From NCBI GenBank assembly GCA_038496445.1, contig JALMLS010000527.1, positions 11,147 to 75,146 of the forward strand: a DNA stretch of 64,000 nucleotides, written 5' to 3'. Origin of the DNA: Trichosphaerium sp. ATCC 40318 (Eukaryota > Protista > Tubulinea). The position numbers and the translations under genes were made by a program. Below the pieces are notes generated by a model that saw only the letters and a program-made list of their open reading frames with translations, was not told the DNA's origin and did no database searches. Within the stretch, counting starts at the first letter, position 1. Every line of letters begins with the position of its first letter. Positions 11,123 to 23,868 of the stretch are shown here, one piece after another.

Positions 11123-14100
11123 ATGGGTGACGCGTTGAGAGACAGTGGAGCAAATTCTCTAAATAAAAAGCTTAATCAGCTCAAAGAACACGGCATTAAA
11201 CTATTCAAAGCCAATAACTACACCAACGCATTAAAGTGCTTTGATAAAGTACTTCAATATCGTAGTGATGACACAGAAGCGCTCACGAACAAGGGACAAA
11301 CACTGTATCACTCGCAGAAATACAAAGAAGCCATTGCGTGTTTTGACGCCGTTTTGGTTAGCCATCAAAGTTTAATTCAACTGACGCTCATTCTCGACAA
11401 TAGAAATTAGTCCCAAATGATACTGACGCACTCAATAACAAAGGAAATACATTGTGCCAACTTGGTGAATACGGTAGCGCGTTAAAATGCTATGAACAGG
11501 TACGCACGAGTCTGTACATACCTCCAGCTTCCTAAAACCATTAGGTCCTAATTGTTGAACCAAACCATTCCCAAGCACTAAAAAATCGAAATATTGGTTT
11601 ACGCGCTCAAGGTACGTATTACGGACAACGTACAACTAAACTCCGAATACAGGCAAAGAATTAGTGACAGCTCTACAAGAATGTGAAGAAGAATTACAAG
11701 AAACCAGTGCGTACTAAGGGCATTAAAAGCAACAATATTGTAGTAACATTGCGTCTATCTAGATGATAAAGCAGATAAACTAGACAAAGAAATAGCAGTT
11801 CTTAAACAAAGATATCAACAGTTAAAGCGCTCAGCTTCTCAAAATAATAATAATTCTGCAACAAATAATAGTAAGCTTTCACGCATAACGAAACGGTACT
11901 CACCTCTATTTTAGGTCAACGTGCGACATCCAATCCGGTACATTAAAGAATTCCTTTCAACTCTTAACGTATAGTAACGCTTTAATAGAATACTGTTGAA
12001 GATAGAGAACGCGAACAAATTCAGAGTACATCCATTTGGGGAAGAAATATCTTGCTTACCCTTTTCGTTAGAAAACCTGAATTCATTCCGTAATCGGTTA
12101 GATGACCTTGATAAGACAAAACGAGAACTAGAAGCAAAAGAACGAGAGCTACAAGAGAAGCAAGAAGCGTTACTTCAACAAGAGAGTGAGATTATAGATA
12201 AGAAGACTAAGCATAAATTACGAAGGCAACAAACATTAAAAGAGCTTATGGATGCCCGATTAGAAGTACAAAAAGAAAAAGCTGCTTTAGAGAAGGAGAG
12301 GTCTCGTGTACAGCAGGTATACCACTGTAAAGGCACCAATGTACTTACTTCCTATAACAGCGCATAGAAGTCGAGCGTAAAAAGCTGTCAGATAGATTAG
12401 AGAGCCTTGCGACAAAGGAACAACGTTTGGGTGGGTTTTTATTATGAAAAGTTGTCACGTGACTTTAATTAATTTGTTTTGAAAAGAGGGAGAGCGAAAG
12501 AAACTTCAGAATGAACGTGAAGTACTCGAAAAGTTAATAGAGCAACGACAGCGTGAATCCGTTAATGAATCTATGGAGAAGCTTAATCAAGCTATAAAGA
12601 AGAAGAATCTTGCAAAGATACGCAAGTTGCTTCAAGGCGGTATGGTTTTTATTTCTTTTCACAATTCCTTTACTGAGTTTTTGCCTAGGTGCCGATAGAA
12701 CAGAAAGAGATGATTTAGGCGCAACGCCTTTACATCACGCCGCAAAAACTGGAAAGCTTAGTATAGTTGAGATATTACTCGACCCATCTTATGGCGGTAT
12801 TGATCCTCCATTTGTTGGTTCGTATTTAGAAAAAAAGAAGATCTACAGCAGAAGTTTACAATTAAAAAATTATCTGATTTGACGGTTTTAGGCATAAAGG
12901 ATAAAGAAGGGAAAACGGCCATAGATTGGGCCAATGATAGTGGTGCTCCTAAGCGTGTAAGTATTTCGTAGATGATTTTTTTTGTATTGTTGTTGGGATT
13001 ACAATCTTACACGTTTAGGTTCGTGAATTGCTTCAACGCAAAGAACAGGAAGAAAAGGTAGCGCCCTTTATAAAACGGTCTATATTTTTTTTCATTGTTT
13101 ACGATCAGGTTGAAGCCGAAAGTCGTGAACAATTCCTTGTTGAAGACCTTTACAAGAGCGAACTACGATACCAGCAAATATACAGTGCATGTATGGCGCG
13201 TACGTCTATTTTATTGAGAAACAAAAAGCATGCAGTGACCAAGAAGAATCAAACTAAAACCTACAATTTGCTTACCTGATGAGCTTTATTTAGCAACAAC
13301 TGCTTGGTCTATGATTGAGAAAAAGAACATTGCTGAGATATATTACCGTTACAAGCACTTTTACCATCCGTTCTTGAAGACAACAAAGCTTTTTAAGGCA
13401 CGTGGGTTTTTTTAATTTTTATCAATTTTATTAACTTCTCACGTGTCTAGTCTGTTACTTTTGACATCACTGCGTATACCAATGATGGCACAGAGCCAAA
13501 GCGTTTGCGCTCTGAAGAGTCCAGAGTGCGTTTTTATGAACAAGGACAATCAACCATCAAAAACAACAAATTCTGATGAGGTTTTATTGTAGTATGCAAA
13601 CAAGGCGACAAAATTACACAAAGTTGAAGTTCCAAAATTTGAGCGTGATCACGTGTTCCCTTTCAAGAATTTACACGATTATATCTTGGTATGTTGAGGA
13701 AGAGCAACCACCTTTTTGTATTTTTTTTTGGTGATTTTTGATTGTAGGGCATTGTCAACTTGTCTACAAATGAAGTCAATACTCTACTACAAAAGATATC
13801 ATCCACAGATATGCTAAATATTTTTGATAAAAACTCTTTGTCTTATGAATCTCTAAACGAACTTATAAAGAATTGGGGTGACTCTAAGAAGGTACAAACA
13901 TCTCCTTTACTATTTTTTTCTCATCAAGTTTTTTTCGTCTTTCTTTTTATTTAAAACAACATCTGCCCGCAGTTTATTTATTGTATTAGACTTGTAAGGA
14001 AGTCAAAAAACTTGATGAGCTTTATAAAGAAAATAACATGAAGCTTCAATCACTATTATACGTTGCAGAATTTTATGTTCTTACATCTCGACGTGCGAAG

Positions 14101-14758
14101 ATTATGCTTAATATTCTTGACTACACTCCTCAAGGTACATCATATAATCCTAAACAATTTAATTTAAGACTGACACGTTTTATTACCCACCAGCTTTGGA
14201 ACGATTTGTTGGATTTGCAGCTGATATTGGTACGTTTTTATAAGCTTTCAAAAAAGTTGATGTTTCCTCTTGTTTTGTTTTGATGTTTGATTTAGAAGCA
14301 CGTGTTCAGTCTAAAAATAAAATATATGATACGGCATTACAATGCCTCACTGGCGCAAGTGCTAAGAAAGTTCATGATTGTGTATTACATATGAACGTGC
14401 TACCATTGCTCACTGAGGTAAGCATCAATCACACTTAATATGTTATTCTTCTGTATCGGTTTTAGTTAAAACTTTTTGTTGTTTTCTTTCTTTTTCTTAC
14501 AAGTTATTTTAGATCATTAAAGCCTTGGAGGCTGTTAAGGAAGAAAAATCTGGCAGTCTGTTTGATAATACTTCTTCTGTAAAGAAACTAACAAAGAGTG
14601 TTCATGGTGCACTTAAGAACTTGGTAGAGACTCATTGTGGTAAAATTCGTTTGACACCTGTTGCTGAAAGTGATACTCTTGATTTTAAAAGACGTGTTAA
14701 AGCTATAGATATGTATAAAAAAGTTTTAGAAGAGCAGATTAGTAGATGGAAACCTTAA
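11123..14758 (+). CDS. TPR + coiled-coil + ankyrin repeat protein with a possible degenerate DH-like C-terminal region
   Basis: TPR helices (ALTNKGQTLY..YKEAIACFD), an E/K/R coiled coil, ankyrin repeats (GATPLHHAAKTG, GKTAIDWA) and REQFLVEDLYKSELRY. Many introns; the start is uncertain. Confidence 0.75.
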
Positions 14759-15154
14759 AAAATGATATACCTTTGTAATGCAATTGTAGAGTAGTTGAAT
14801 AAAAAATGTACAATAGTGATTGTAATTTTATTGTTACTAACAAGGTTTGACTTAACTCTTCCGGGATAATCCTTGTTTTATTTCGCGTAAAGAAATCTGT
14901 ACTGGTGTTCACACACATTGACCTTGCGATTGTGTAAAACGAGGGTCCATACTATTGGTAATCGTGATGGCTTAACAGACAACTTTTCGTTAACTGAATA
15001 TCAGTAAAACTTAAGGTTATCATCCAACTTCACCAAGTTTTGAGGGAAAATACTGATATTCTGTACGATATGGAAAATAATAAGGTATTCCACATAAATA
15101 AAACACACAATTATAATTGACAAAAAGTAGAACCAATCAGATGTTTGCTATCTT

Positions 15155-15754
15155 ATGGACATTCCAGTGGAATTACAGCTCGATATCATTGATTTAGACC
15201 CTAAATTGTATTTAAAGTGGCCGCTTCTATCCAAACAAGCGGCAATGGTAACAAGGTTTGATGAAGAGTTGAAGAAACACGGGAAATGGGTTAAATACTA
15301 CATAAGCCAGTATTTTTCTAAAAAAATATACATCTTGTGCCAAGAGCATTGGGTCCATGGTGTGATGAATGGAGAACATAAAAAGTGGTATGATACTGGC
15401 CAATTACTTGAAGTATCTAATTTCATCGATGGTAACGTCTACGGAGAGTACAAGAAATGGCATTTAAATGGATACCAGAGTATAGCATGCACTTTCATTG
15501 ACAATAAAATGGAAGGAGTTTACAAGCAGTGGCACCATAATGGCGTACTAGAGATGGAATGTTATTTTGTTAATAATAAACTGAATGGAGAATGTAAGAA
15601 ATGGTGCATCAATGGTAAGTTAGTAGAGCAATGTCATTATGTAAATGGAAAGAAACATGGCTTATGTAAGACATGGGTTCAAAACGGGACTGTCAGACAT
15701 GAAGAACAATACACATATATGCATGGTAATCAGAAAACGTGTAATATCACGTGA
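15155..15754 (+). CDS. F-box-like + MORN-variant repeat protein, copy 2 (intronless)
   Basis: The N-terminal domain MDIPVELQLDIIDLDPKLYLKWPLLSK..TRFD..KHGKW is shared with the 2539 and 32806 genes. About 5 GEYKKWHxNG repeats. Confidence 0.88.
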   Translation: MDIPVELQLDIIDLDPKLYLKWPLLSKQAAMVTRFDEELKKHGKWVKYYISQYFSKKIYILCQEHWVHGVMNGEHKKWYDTGQLLEVSNFIDGNVYGEYKKWHLNGYQSIACTFIDNKMEGVYKQWHHNGVLEMECYFVNNKLNGECKKWCINGKLVEQCHYVNGKKHGLCKTWVQNGTVRHEEQYTYMHGNQKTCNIT

Positions 15755-15785
15755 TCATCTTCTAAAATAAAGATATCAAGGTCTA

Positions 15786-16172
15786 TTCTATTAGAACAAT
15801 TTCTTGCAGAGCGTATGGAAAGTCAGTACGCTGCGCCTTTCTTTTTTTTTCGCAAAGAAATATATTACACCTTGGCGTGGCGGTGGATTCTGGCTTTATG
15901 CTTGAACTCATCGGTGCTTCCGAGGACGAAGAACAAATATGGCATAAATGCCACAAAGAGGTACACTGATCCCATAGGAAGTACTACGAGAAGAATCGTA
16001 GAAGGAGCTAGACAGTACAAACAATAAGTTGCAATAAACGTGACCTATGGTAAGTTTTTGTAACTTCTTTCATTGCTTAAACCAGACAAAAGTACTGTCA
16101 TTTTGTCCATGGCTGAGGATGGTTGTTCACGTAAAAGAACTTCGAATAGGAATATAAATTGCTAAATTGTTC
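15786..16172 (+). repeat. Truncated duplicate of the 3' end and downstream flank of the gene at 60625-61766
   Basis: Colinear nucleotide similarity to 61540-61898, including the shared tract GTAACTTCTTTCATTGCTTAAACCAGACAA. Contains frameshifts and a stop. Confidence 0.9.
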
Positions 16173-16266
16173 AGAGTACTTTTTTTTATTTCAGAAATAT
16201 TTTCAACGATTGCACTACGTGCAGTTGGTTACAAAATCAAAAATAGGTATTTTTTAAAAGATGTAA

Positions 16267-19200
16267 TTACTGAATCTTCTTTCCAGCAAGTGTCATGTAG
16301 GAAACTCTCTTCTTAAAAAAGTCTTCACGAGCCAATTTCCTATTGAAAAAAAAATGGTTAGAAATCGCATTATGTAGCACTAAACTCGTTTAAGTATTAA
16401 CAATAAACTTACTTGAGATCGTGTCCTGGTGCATCAGGGATTAATACACCAATACCCCAACGTAACAAGAACAAAATATTCTACAAAACAAAATAAGTCA
16501 CAATCAAACAAAAACAAAAAAAAACCAAAAAAACAGAACGCTTTGACTTGCAACAAAAAAGAAATACTAGTATTAGCTATCTAACTGTCTAGTAGTAATA
16601 CCTCATAAAGTAAAGCAGCAACAAGTGCGTTCTTTCCTGTCACACCAGACGTGAAAGCTAGGAAAAGTATGTTAACAACATAAGCCTTTAAAAAAAGTGA
16701 GAAAAGAAAAAGAGTTTACCGATAAGACCCATGTTTGTAACGACAGCAACGAAACCCATTACTTCTAATACATTTTGCCATGTACCTATATCCTTTGCAC
16801 CTTCGTACATTGGACGCTTTGTAGATGCCAGAAAGGTGTAAGCATCAGTTCTAATCTCCCACTAATTTCATAGTTAGTTAATTAGCTACAAGTTCTGTCT
16901 TATCGTACAAGGTTACTAACAAGCGCAGCAAGAGGAGCTAGAGGGAAGGCAGCAGCAAAGAGAGTGACATAACCAAACTATAAAACAAAATTAAGAGGTT
17001 GTAAACCAATGTTGGGATGAAAAAAAACGAGCTGTTAACATACCTCTATGACCTTTTCATTGTACTGATCGAGAGTACCGTAGTTATCTGCAAGGTTACG
17101 TTGCTTTTTCAAAGTGCTAATACCATGATAAGTTGATATTCATGAAAGTTACTGTAGTAGCTGAAACAGTAATAGAAAAAAAAGGTTTCCTAGTTTTTTT
17201 TTGTTGTTTTCATTGCTTAAAAGCTTACTTGTAGAGTGCGCTCTCTGTATCTTCTAGATAGCTCTTTTTCTTGAACCACTTACTAAAGTTACTTGTAATG
17301 AATGGCGTCAATACTTCCAATAAGTTGGTAAAGCAAATACGCGTCAAGAAAATTGAAGCTACGCAAAAGTTAGGTTAGATTTCCATTTGGACAAAAAAAC
17401 CACTGGTTCGTACCTAGTGCTAATGCGAGCTCTGTGAAACAATCTGGTGTACATACTTGAGTGTGCTTGTATCCCAAGAACTCCCATTTGAAGTTTTTAA
17501 GGAAGGCAACATAAAATAACCAGAAGTATGCGTTGACGAATTGCAAGACGAAATACTTTACAATCTAGAAAGAAAAAAAAAGTTAGCAACTGAAACTTGT
17601 CAAGCGTCTGTCTGTTAAATGTTTTGAACAGGCCAAATGCGTACCAAGCTATCTTCGTAATCAGTATCTGTTCTGTGGTTTTCCCAGTCATTAAGGCGTT
17701 TGGCAAGGTTCTTAAATATACCCTCTACAATGACAAGTACAACACCGTAAATCTGTTTTGTTGAAAAGAAAATTAGTTCGTTGTCAGACATCTAGCTAGA
17801 GCTATTGTGATTAAACGTACTATATTACCAGCCATAGATCCCCAAACATAAACTTGGAGTGTCTCGTAAAGTAGAATCAAACCAAAATTAGCTAGTAAGA
17901 GAAGAGCAATCTAGGAATCCAAAAGTTAAAAAAAAAAAAGAGATGTCGATTGTTTACCATTAATACGATTGCTGGACCAATAACAAAAATAGCTTTGAGG
18001 TATCTAGAGCGTCCTGTTGGTAAAATAATTAGTACTAATCACTTAGATAATATAAAGGAACAGAAGGCAAAACACTGTTGTAGGAAGAAGTACTGTACCG
18101 GTAGAATAAAAGTTAACAATATTGGATAAATCAGGATCAGGATTTTTAGACAGATCTATCCATTGACCTTTCCAGTAACGTCCGTTTGATCTTACACCAA
18201 CAAAGTCAGGTCTTTGTCTTTCCTAGAACGAGACATTAAAAATACAATTCTTTCGGCTTGTTCACGTACTTTTTCTTCAAACGCAGTTGCATGCCATCTA
18301 ATCATAAGACTCTATTTTAGCTTGTTAGCTACACTTAAACAGCCCTACAAAATGGTGGTTATAGTGTACCATTTCTTTACGCTTCCAGAACTCTGTGAAC
18401 AGAGTAGCCCAGAGTGAAATATAAACAGCATACGCTTCAGAAAATTAGGAAAAATGATACCAGAAAAAACAATTCAAAATGTGTGTACCAATTGCCGCCC
18501 AACTATCGAACCCAATCTTTAACTCAATCTACGCAAAAGTGTCAGTAATCGAGACCGAAATTTACAAAATGGGCATACCAAGAATACGATAATACCAACA
18601 GCACTTGCATACCATAACCAAGTTGTCTCAAAACCTATTAACAAACAGAGTAAGTCTTTTTAGTTTTGGGCAACTCTGTAAGACAGTGTCGTACCCAACC
18701 AAGCGAAGTACAAGGCTAGCTTTTCTCCAAAATAGTAACGAATGTTGTCTAGAGGCTGCTCAGAGCAGCAGTGTTTCGCCCAAGATTTTTGTAGTTTGTG
18801 AACTTTATCCTTCTCGTGAAGAGGGAAGAAAGAGCTGATAGCTCCTCTAAGAATAAAACTACGGATGTCTAAACGAAAAAAATAAGTCTTCGAGAAGTCG
18901 AGTCTACAAAAATTAAATGTAAGTGCTCACTGATATCAGCACCGCCTACTGTCTCAGGTGCTTGAACTAAATGTTGAATGATATGAATTCTCTGAGATGT
19001 TCTGAATACTTCTCCATTGTTGTAGAGAGCAAATATATCACTTTGATCTCTTGAGTAAGGCAAGTTACCACCGCCATATTCTTTCTAGAGAATAACGAAT
19101 ATCAGCTACGCGTTCTTGTTTAAAAAGTGCCCAAAAAAGGGTTACCTTGATTCGCTTCTCTAGGCTCATGTGCTCAGCGTGTTCTTCGAGAACATCGCTA

Positions 19201-19752
19201 TCTGCAGTAACCAAGTAGTAATCTTCCATGACGCCAGGTGGCGTGTCGATTTTAAGAAGCTTGACATACGTCAGTTTTTATTTACGTTTTACCGAAAAAA
19301 AGAAAACCAAAGAGTTGACGTACGCGGAGTCCAATGTCTTTCATACGCTTCAAAATATCTCTTTGCGCCTTCTGGGTATCTCTAATCTTTTGAAGAGCCT
19401 TATCATTACTTCTACCCAGCCAATCCTTCGCGCGAGAAACTGTCTTACGTGGTAGTACTAACAGGAATTCTGCGGTTGGTTCTGGATCGTCTCCGCATAA
19501 AACGTCGAACTTCTAAGGCGAGTACAATAAATACGTCGGAGTTTGCGTTAATTTGTGCGTACGCCATCATCTTCGTCCGATGACTCTTCTTTGGTAGCGT
19601 CATACCCTTCTTTGTCAGATGATAGAAGAGGCTAATCGCAATTAGTACATATACATAGGCTATGTAAGGAGACGCTTGCAGACCTCATTTAGTTTTACCA
19701 ATTCTTCTCCTTCAGAGCTTACCTCGTCTTCGGCAGCGTTACCCACTTGCAT
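16267..19752 (-). CDS. Anoctamin/TMEM16 family protein
   Basis: Spliced motifs FRTSQRIHII, QPLDNIRYYFGEKLALYFAWLG, DWENHRT, QFGYVTLFAAAFPLAPLAA, EIRTDA and IGTWQNV. Confidence 0.92.
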
Positions 19753-19836
19753 TGTGGAGATGCTCACACTATTAAAGGTGTCTAAGTAAGCAAGTTTGAC
19801 TTTTTAAGAATGGTACATATTTTCTAGAATAAGTAA

Positions 19837-22306
19837 ATGGCTGACAGTCCTCAACACGCGACGAAGAGGCTACAAAATGAATTTTCTTCGTTTCGCTCTG
19901 TTCGTTTAACGTATTCAATGTAAATATAGCTCATGAAAGCTTATTAGGGGTCAGGTTACGAATGCTACTTAGTTGATAATGATTTAACACATTGGAATGT
20001 AAAACTATTCAATAAGTTCAATGGCAGCGCCTTAGAACTTGATTTATTTTGTTATAGCCAATTCTTCGATGTAGTACGTCAAATGACAAGTATTACGCCA
20101 ATTCTAACCAATAAAATAGAATTACATCTTGCTTGACTTGCAATTCCCTCAAGACTACCCTCATTCGCCACCAAAGGTACTACATTGCTACAAATAACCC
20201 TTGTAAGCAATCCAAGAAAAAAAAACCGTCTGAAAAACGTTTTTTCAAAGGTCAGAGTATTGTATCCGCGATTTCAGCCAGGAACAGGTTAGTACGTTAT
20301 TATTTTAAACTACTTACTCTTTTCAGGAAATGTACGTTAGCAATACAAAGCTTTCACATGTGTGACTACGCAACAGGTAACTCTTGGGGGAGTTGTAAAA
20401 TGTGCCATTGTAGAAAACAATAATTGGACACCAGGTACGCTATTTTTTTCTTGAATTTTTTTTATAAGTCTTACCTTGTAAACAGTGAACACCGCATGGT
20501 CCCTTTTGCCTGATATAAAGTCTTGTTTTATTACCGGCAATGGTAGATTGGTTATGCATCGTTCGTTTTACACAGCAGAAGAAGCACAATCGAGTACAGA
20601 AGGGTGAGATTTTAACTACTTTGATTTTTGTATAACACAACTTTAACTGGTTCAGGTTTTATGAAAGTTATAATACAGAACCGTCTATACTCCCTGGGAA
20701 AAGTGCGTTCATTTGCTATTATACTGACCGAAAACTTAATAAATTAGTTCTACTCCCACCTTCAGCTCTACAAAAAATCGCAAACTTAAAGGATGTGACA
20801 TATCCACTAATTTTTGAAATATCAGACGTAGCACACGCACGTGTAACTCATTTGGGTAAACCATTTAAATTACACCAAATACATCATGTATCAACGAAAT
20901 TCCATAGGTGTTTTGGAATTTGAAGCGTCTGAAGGTGTTGTAGGACTACCTGCTTGGGTAAGTAATTTTAAGGGTTTTTTTGCACAATTTTTTAAATGTA
21001 GTGTAGTGCTTGAAGACTCTTGGAATGAATATTGGCGAAAAAGTTAATATAAGACTTGTTTCTCTACCTAAAGGAACTTATGTAAAACTACGTGTTGCTG
21101 AGCCAGAATTCTTCACGCTTAATGACAACCCGAAAATAATGTACGTTATGTAAAAACAAAAACTTCACTATAGTTTGAATTAACCGGTTTCAAATAAGTC
21201 TTGAATCAGAGCTTCGTAAATTTGCTGCGTTGACAATTGGTGATGTTATTGAAGTTGACCATGAAGGAAATAGATATACTGTTGAGGTTCTAGAGACCCA
21301 ACCTGCTCCTTCGATGGATATACACGAGTCAGATATTTTATTGGACTTGGAAGGTGATATGTCAACTGATGTAATTGATAAGTTACAAAAAGAAGCAACA
21401 GACCAAGTCCTCACTGAAGATAAAGGTTCTATTACTGACAAAAACATTGAAGAATCAAGTAAGCCAGAAGAACCCAGCGAAGATATTGATGGAACGGAAT
21501 GTACTAACTGGTACGAATTGATGAGGATTGCTTTTCTTTTTAGTAACATTGTTGTTAAATTTTATGCTAGTGGTAAGATTGTACCAAAAGCTTCATACCA
21601 GCGTCATACAATATTCTGCGAACGTAATAATGTGGTTTGCGATAAATGCGGTAAAGTAGTCAACAAGGCTAAACTAAAAGAACACAACGAAGAATATCAC
21701 GTGGAGGTACCAAACTTTCTGTTTTGAAAAACTTTATTAAACAACAGAGCTCATATGAGTTGAGACAATTTTTTCTTTCGCATCAGCTAAAGAAGTAAAT
21801 TCTAAGGTACCTTGTGGAAAATGTGGAAAGAAAATAGAAAAATATAAATTGGAGTATCATACTAAGAGGGAATGTCGTAAGAAGCTTGTAAGATGCAAAT
21901 ACTGTAAAGTTACAAAACCTTTATGCGAGATGAAAGCACATTTAAATTATTGTGGATCCAGGACAGAAGAATGTCAAATATGCAAAAAGAGGATAATGCT
22001 GAGAGGTAACAGTATTTTCTTATTTTTTTCTTCTTTCTTTTTCACAAACCGAAAGAGCCTTGTTTTTAAAAAGAATTGAACCAGAAGTGCAGTTACCATT
22101 TTTATGCTATTGACCAAAAATTCAACGAAACTTGACACAGACAATGGTTTTTTTGGAATAAACTTTTTTTTTGACTCTTCTCTTTAGATATGACAAAACA
22201 CACTGCTTCTTGTACTGTGGCTTCAACAAACCCGCCAAATGAACCAAGGCAAGGGTGGTTCGTTTCAATGATAAAAAAGACTTTCATGGGCGAGAGGACT
22301 ACGTGA
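19837..22306 (+). CDS. Fusion of UBE2Q-like E2 domain + UFD1 domain + TRAF/XAF1-type zinc fingers
   Basis: Spliced: ATKRLQNEF..NDLTHWNVKLF..ILLDLQFPQDYPHSPPKVRVLYPRF..GNVTLGG, then KILLPPSAL..THLGVLEFEASEG..LPKGTYVKL..LESELRKFAALTIGD, then C/H zinc fingers. Confidence 0.85.
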
Positions 22307-22512
22307 AAACAAAGAACCACATAATAATACCCAAACTGTAAAAAATACCCTAATGTACAAAGTCGTTTCAAACTACGAAACAGAAATAATAAAGATATTG
22401 ATACGTAATACAGTCGTTTGTAACGACTATAACCTTGCAATGGCTGGCACTTGAACATGTGACTATGCTGGCAACAAGTACTTTGTTTTTAAAAAAAAGC
22501 AAAAAGGTCAAT

Positions 22513-23740
22513 TTATTTAAGGTGTAACAATACGTTAGATCCACCTTTTTGAGAAGGAAGGTACGTGATATTTTTTGCTTTTGCTAGTGTTTCTAAGTAC
22601 ATACGTAAGAGAGTTTAAACCAAAATATCAAATCAAAAATGAACCAAGTACAAAAAAAGGTAAAACAAAAAAACCTGGTTAACTTTACCTGCGATTTCTC
22701 TGGCTGCCTCTATCCGTCTTAGTTCAACGAGTGCAGGACCACATTTCTTTGTCGCCTCAGTGATAAGTCTAGCAGCTTCACTCTCTCCTTCAGCTTTAAT
22801 AATAGCCTAAAGTCTCTTTTTTAGCTTCAAAAAAAATAAAATATGACAATTATCACTTACAGCTTGACGCTCTTGTTCAGACCTCTCAACATCAAATTTT
22901 GCTTTCTCTGCTTTTTGTTGCTCAACTAGTTTCATCTCAATTGCTTTTGTAAATTGGTCAGTAAACGCAACACCAGTCTAAAAATCACGTGAGCATGAAG
23001 AACAAAAATGCAAGATTGTACAATAGAGACATCATCCAATAGAATGTTGAACCTTTTAGCTCTGTCTTTGAATGCTTCTCTGATCTCTCTTGATACAGCT
23101 TCTCTTTGTGTAATAAGCTCAGTAGCGTCATACTGTGCCATGACGGCCTTTGACACTTCTCTGCCAAGAGGTAGGACCTGTATACAGTCAAAAAAATAAT
23201 GGCAACGGTTGTATCGAAAAACTTTTCAAAAAACGCACTCTTTCTGCAAAATCACTACCAATGTCACTGTAAAGAGCAGGTAGGAACTTGATATCAGGTC
23301 GATAGAGTACTCTCATATTGACTTTGACGGTTTGGGCGTCTGTACAACAAAACAATTACTTGGTGGGTTTTTGGCGATTGAAATTAACGTACCCTTTGTT
23401 TGCGTCTCAGATCGCATGGACTTAGGTGTAGCGCGAACGTCTATAAGAATTGGTCGTTGTAACAATGGTATGTAGAAATGAAGCCTCTCATTCTTGACAT
23501 CCTCTGCAACACCCTTGTCTCCAAGGAATGGTAAGGCCAATTCATTAAAGATGAGGCCACGGTAGCCAGGTGGTACTATATTGCGGTATAAGCAATAACA
23601 CACGTTAAATTGACGTAATTTAGTACTTTCTGTACTACCTACGTACCTGTGTACGAGCAAGCTTTGAATGCTAGTCCAGCGAACGATATAGCGCCTATAG
23701 CTACTCCAACGGCTCTTCCGAAGCTGTTAACTAACGCCAT
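22513..23740 (-). CDS. PHB: Prohibitin (SPFH domain)
   Basis: [44 protein letters not shown] and [16 protein letters not shown]1 versus PHB2 not resolved. Confidence 0.93.
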
Positions 23741-23868
23741 GAGTATGAACTTACTTGTGTAAGGTTGACTTACGATGTAACTTAAAAAGACCTTTTCGTT
23801 GGCGCTACTGGTCCATCATAAGAGTAACCAACTTACTTTGGAGGCCTTCGGCGAATATAAACAATAAA

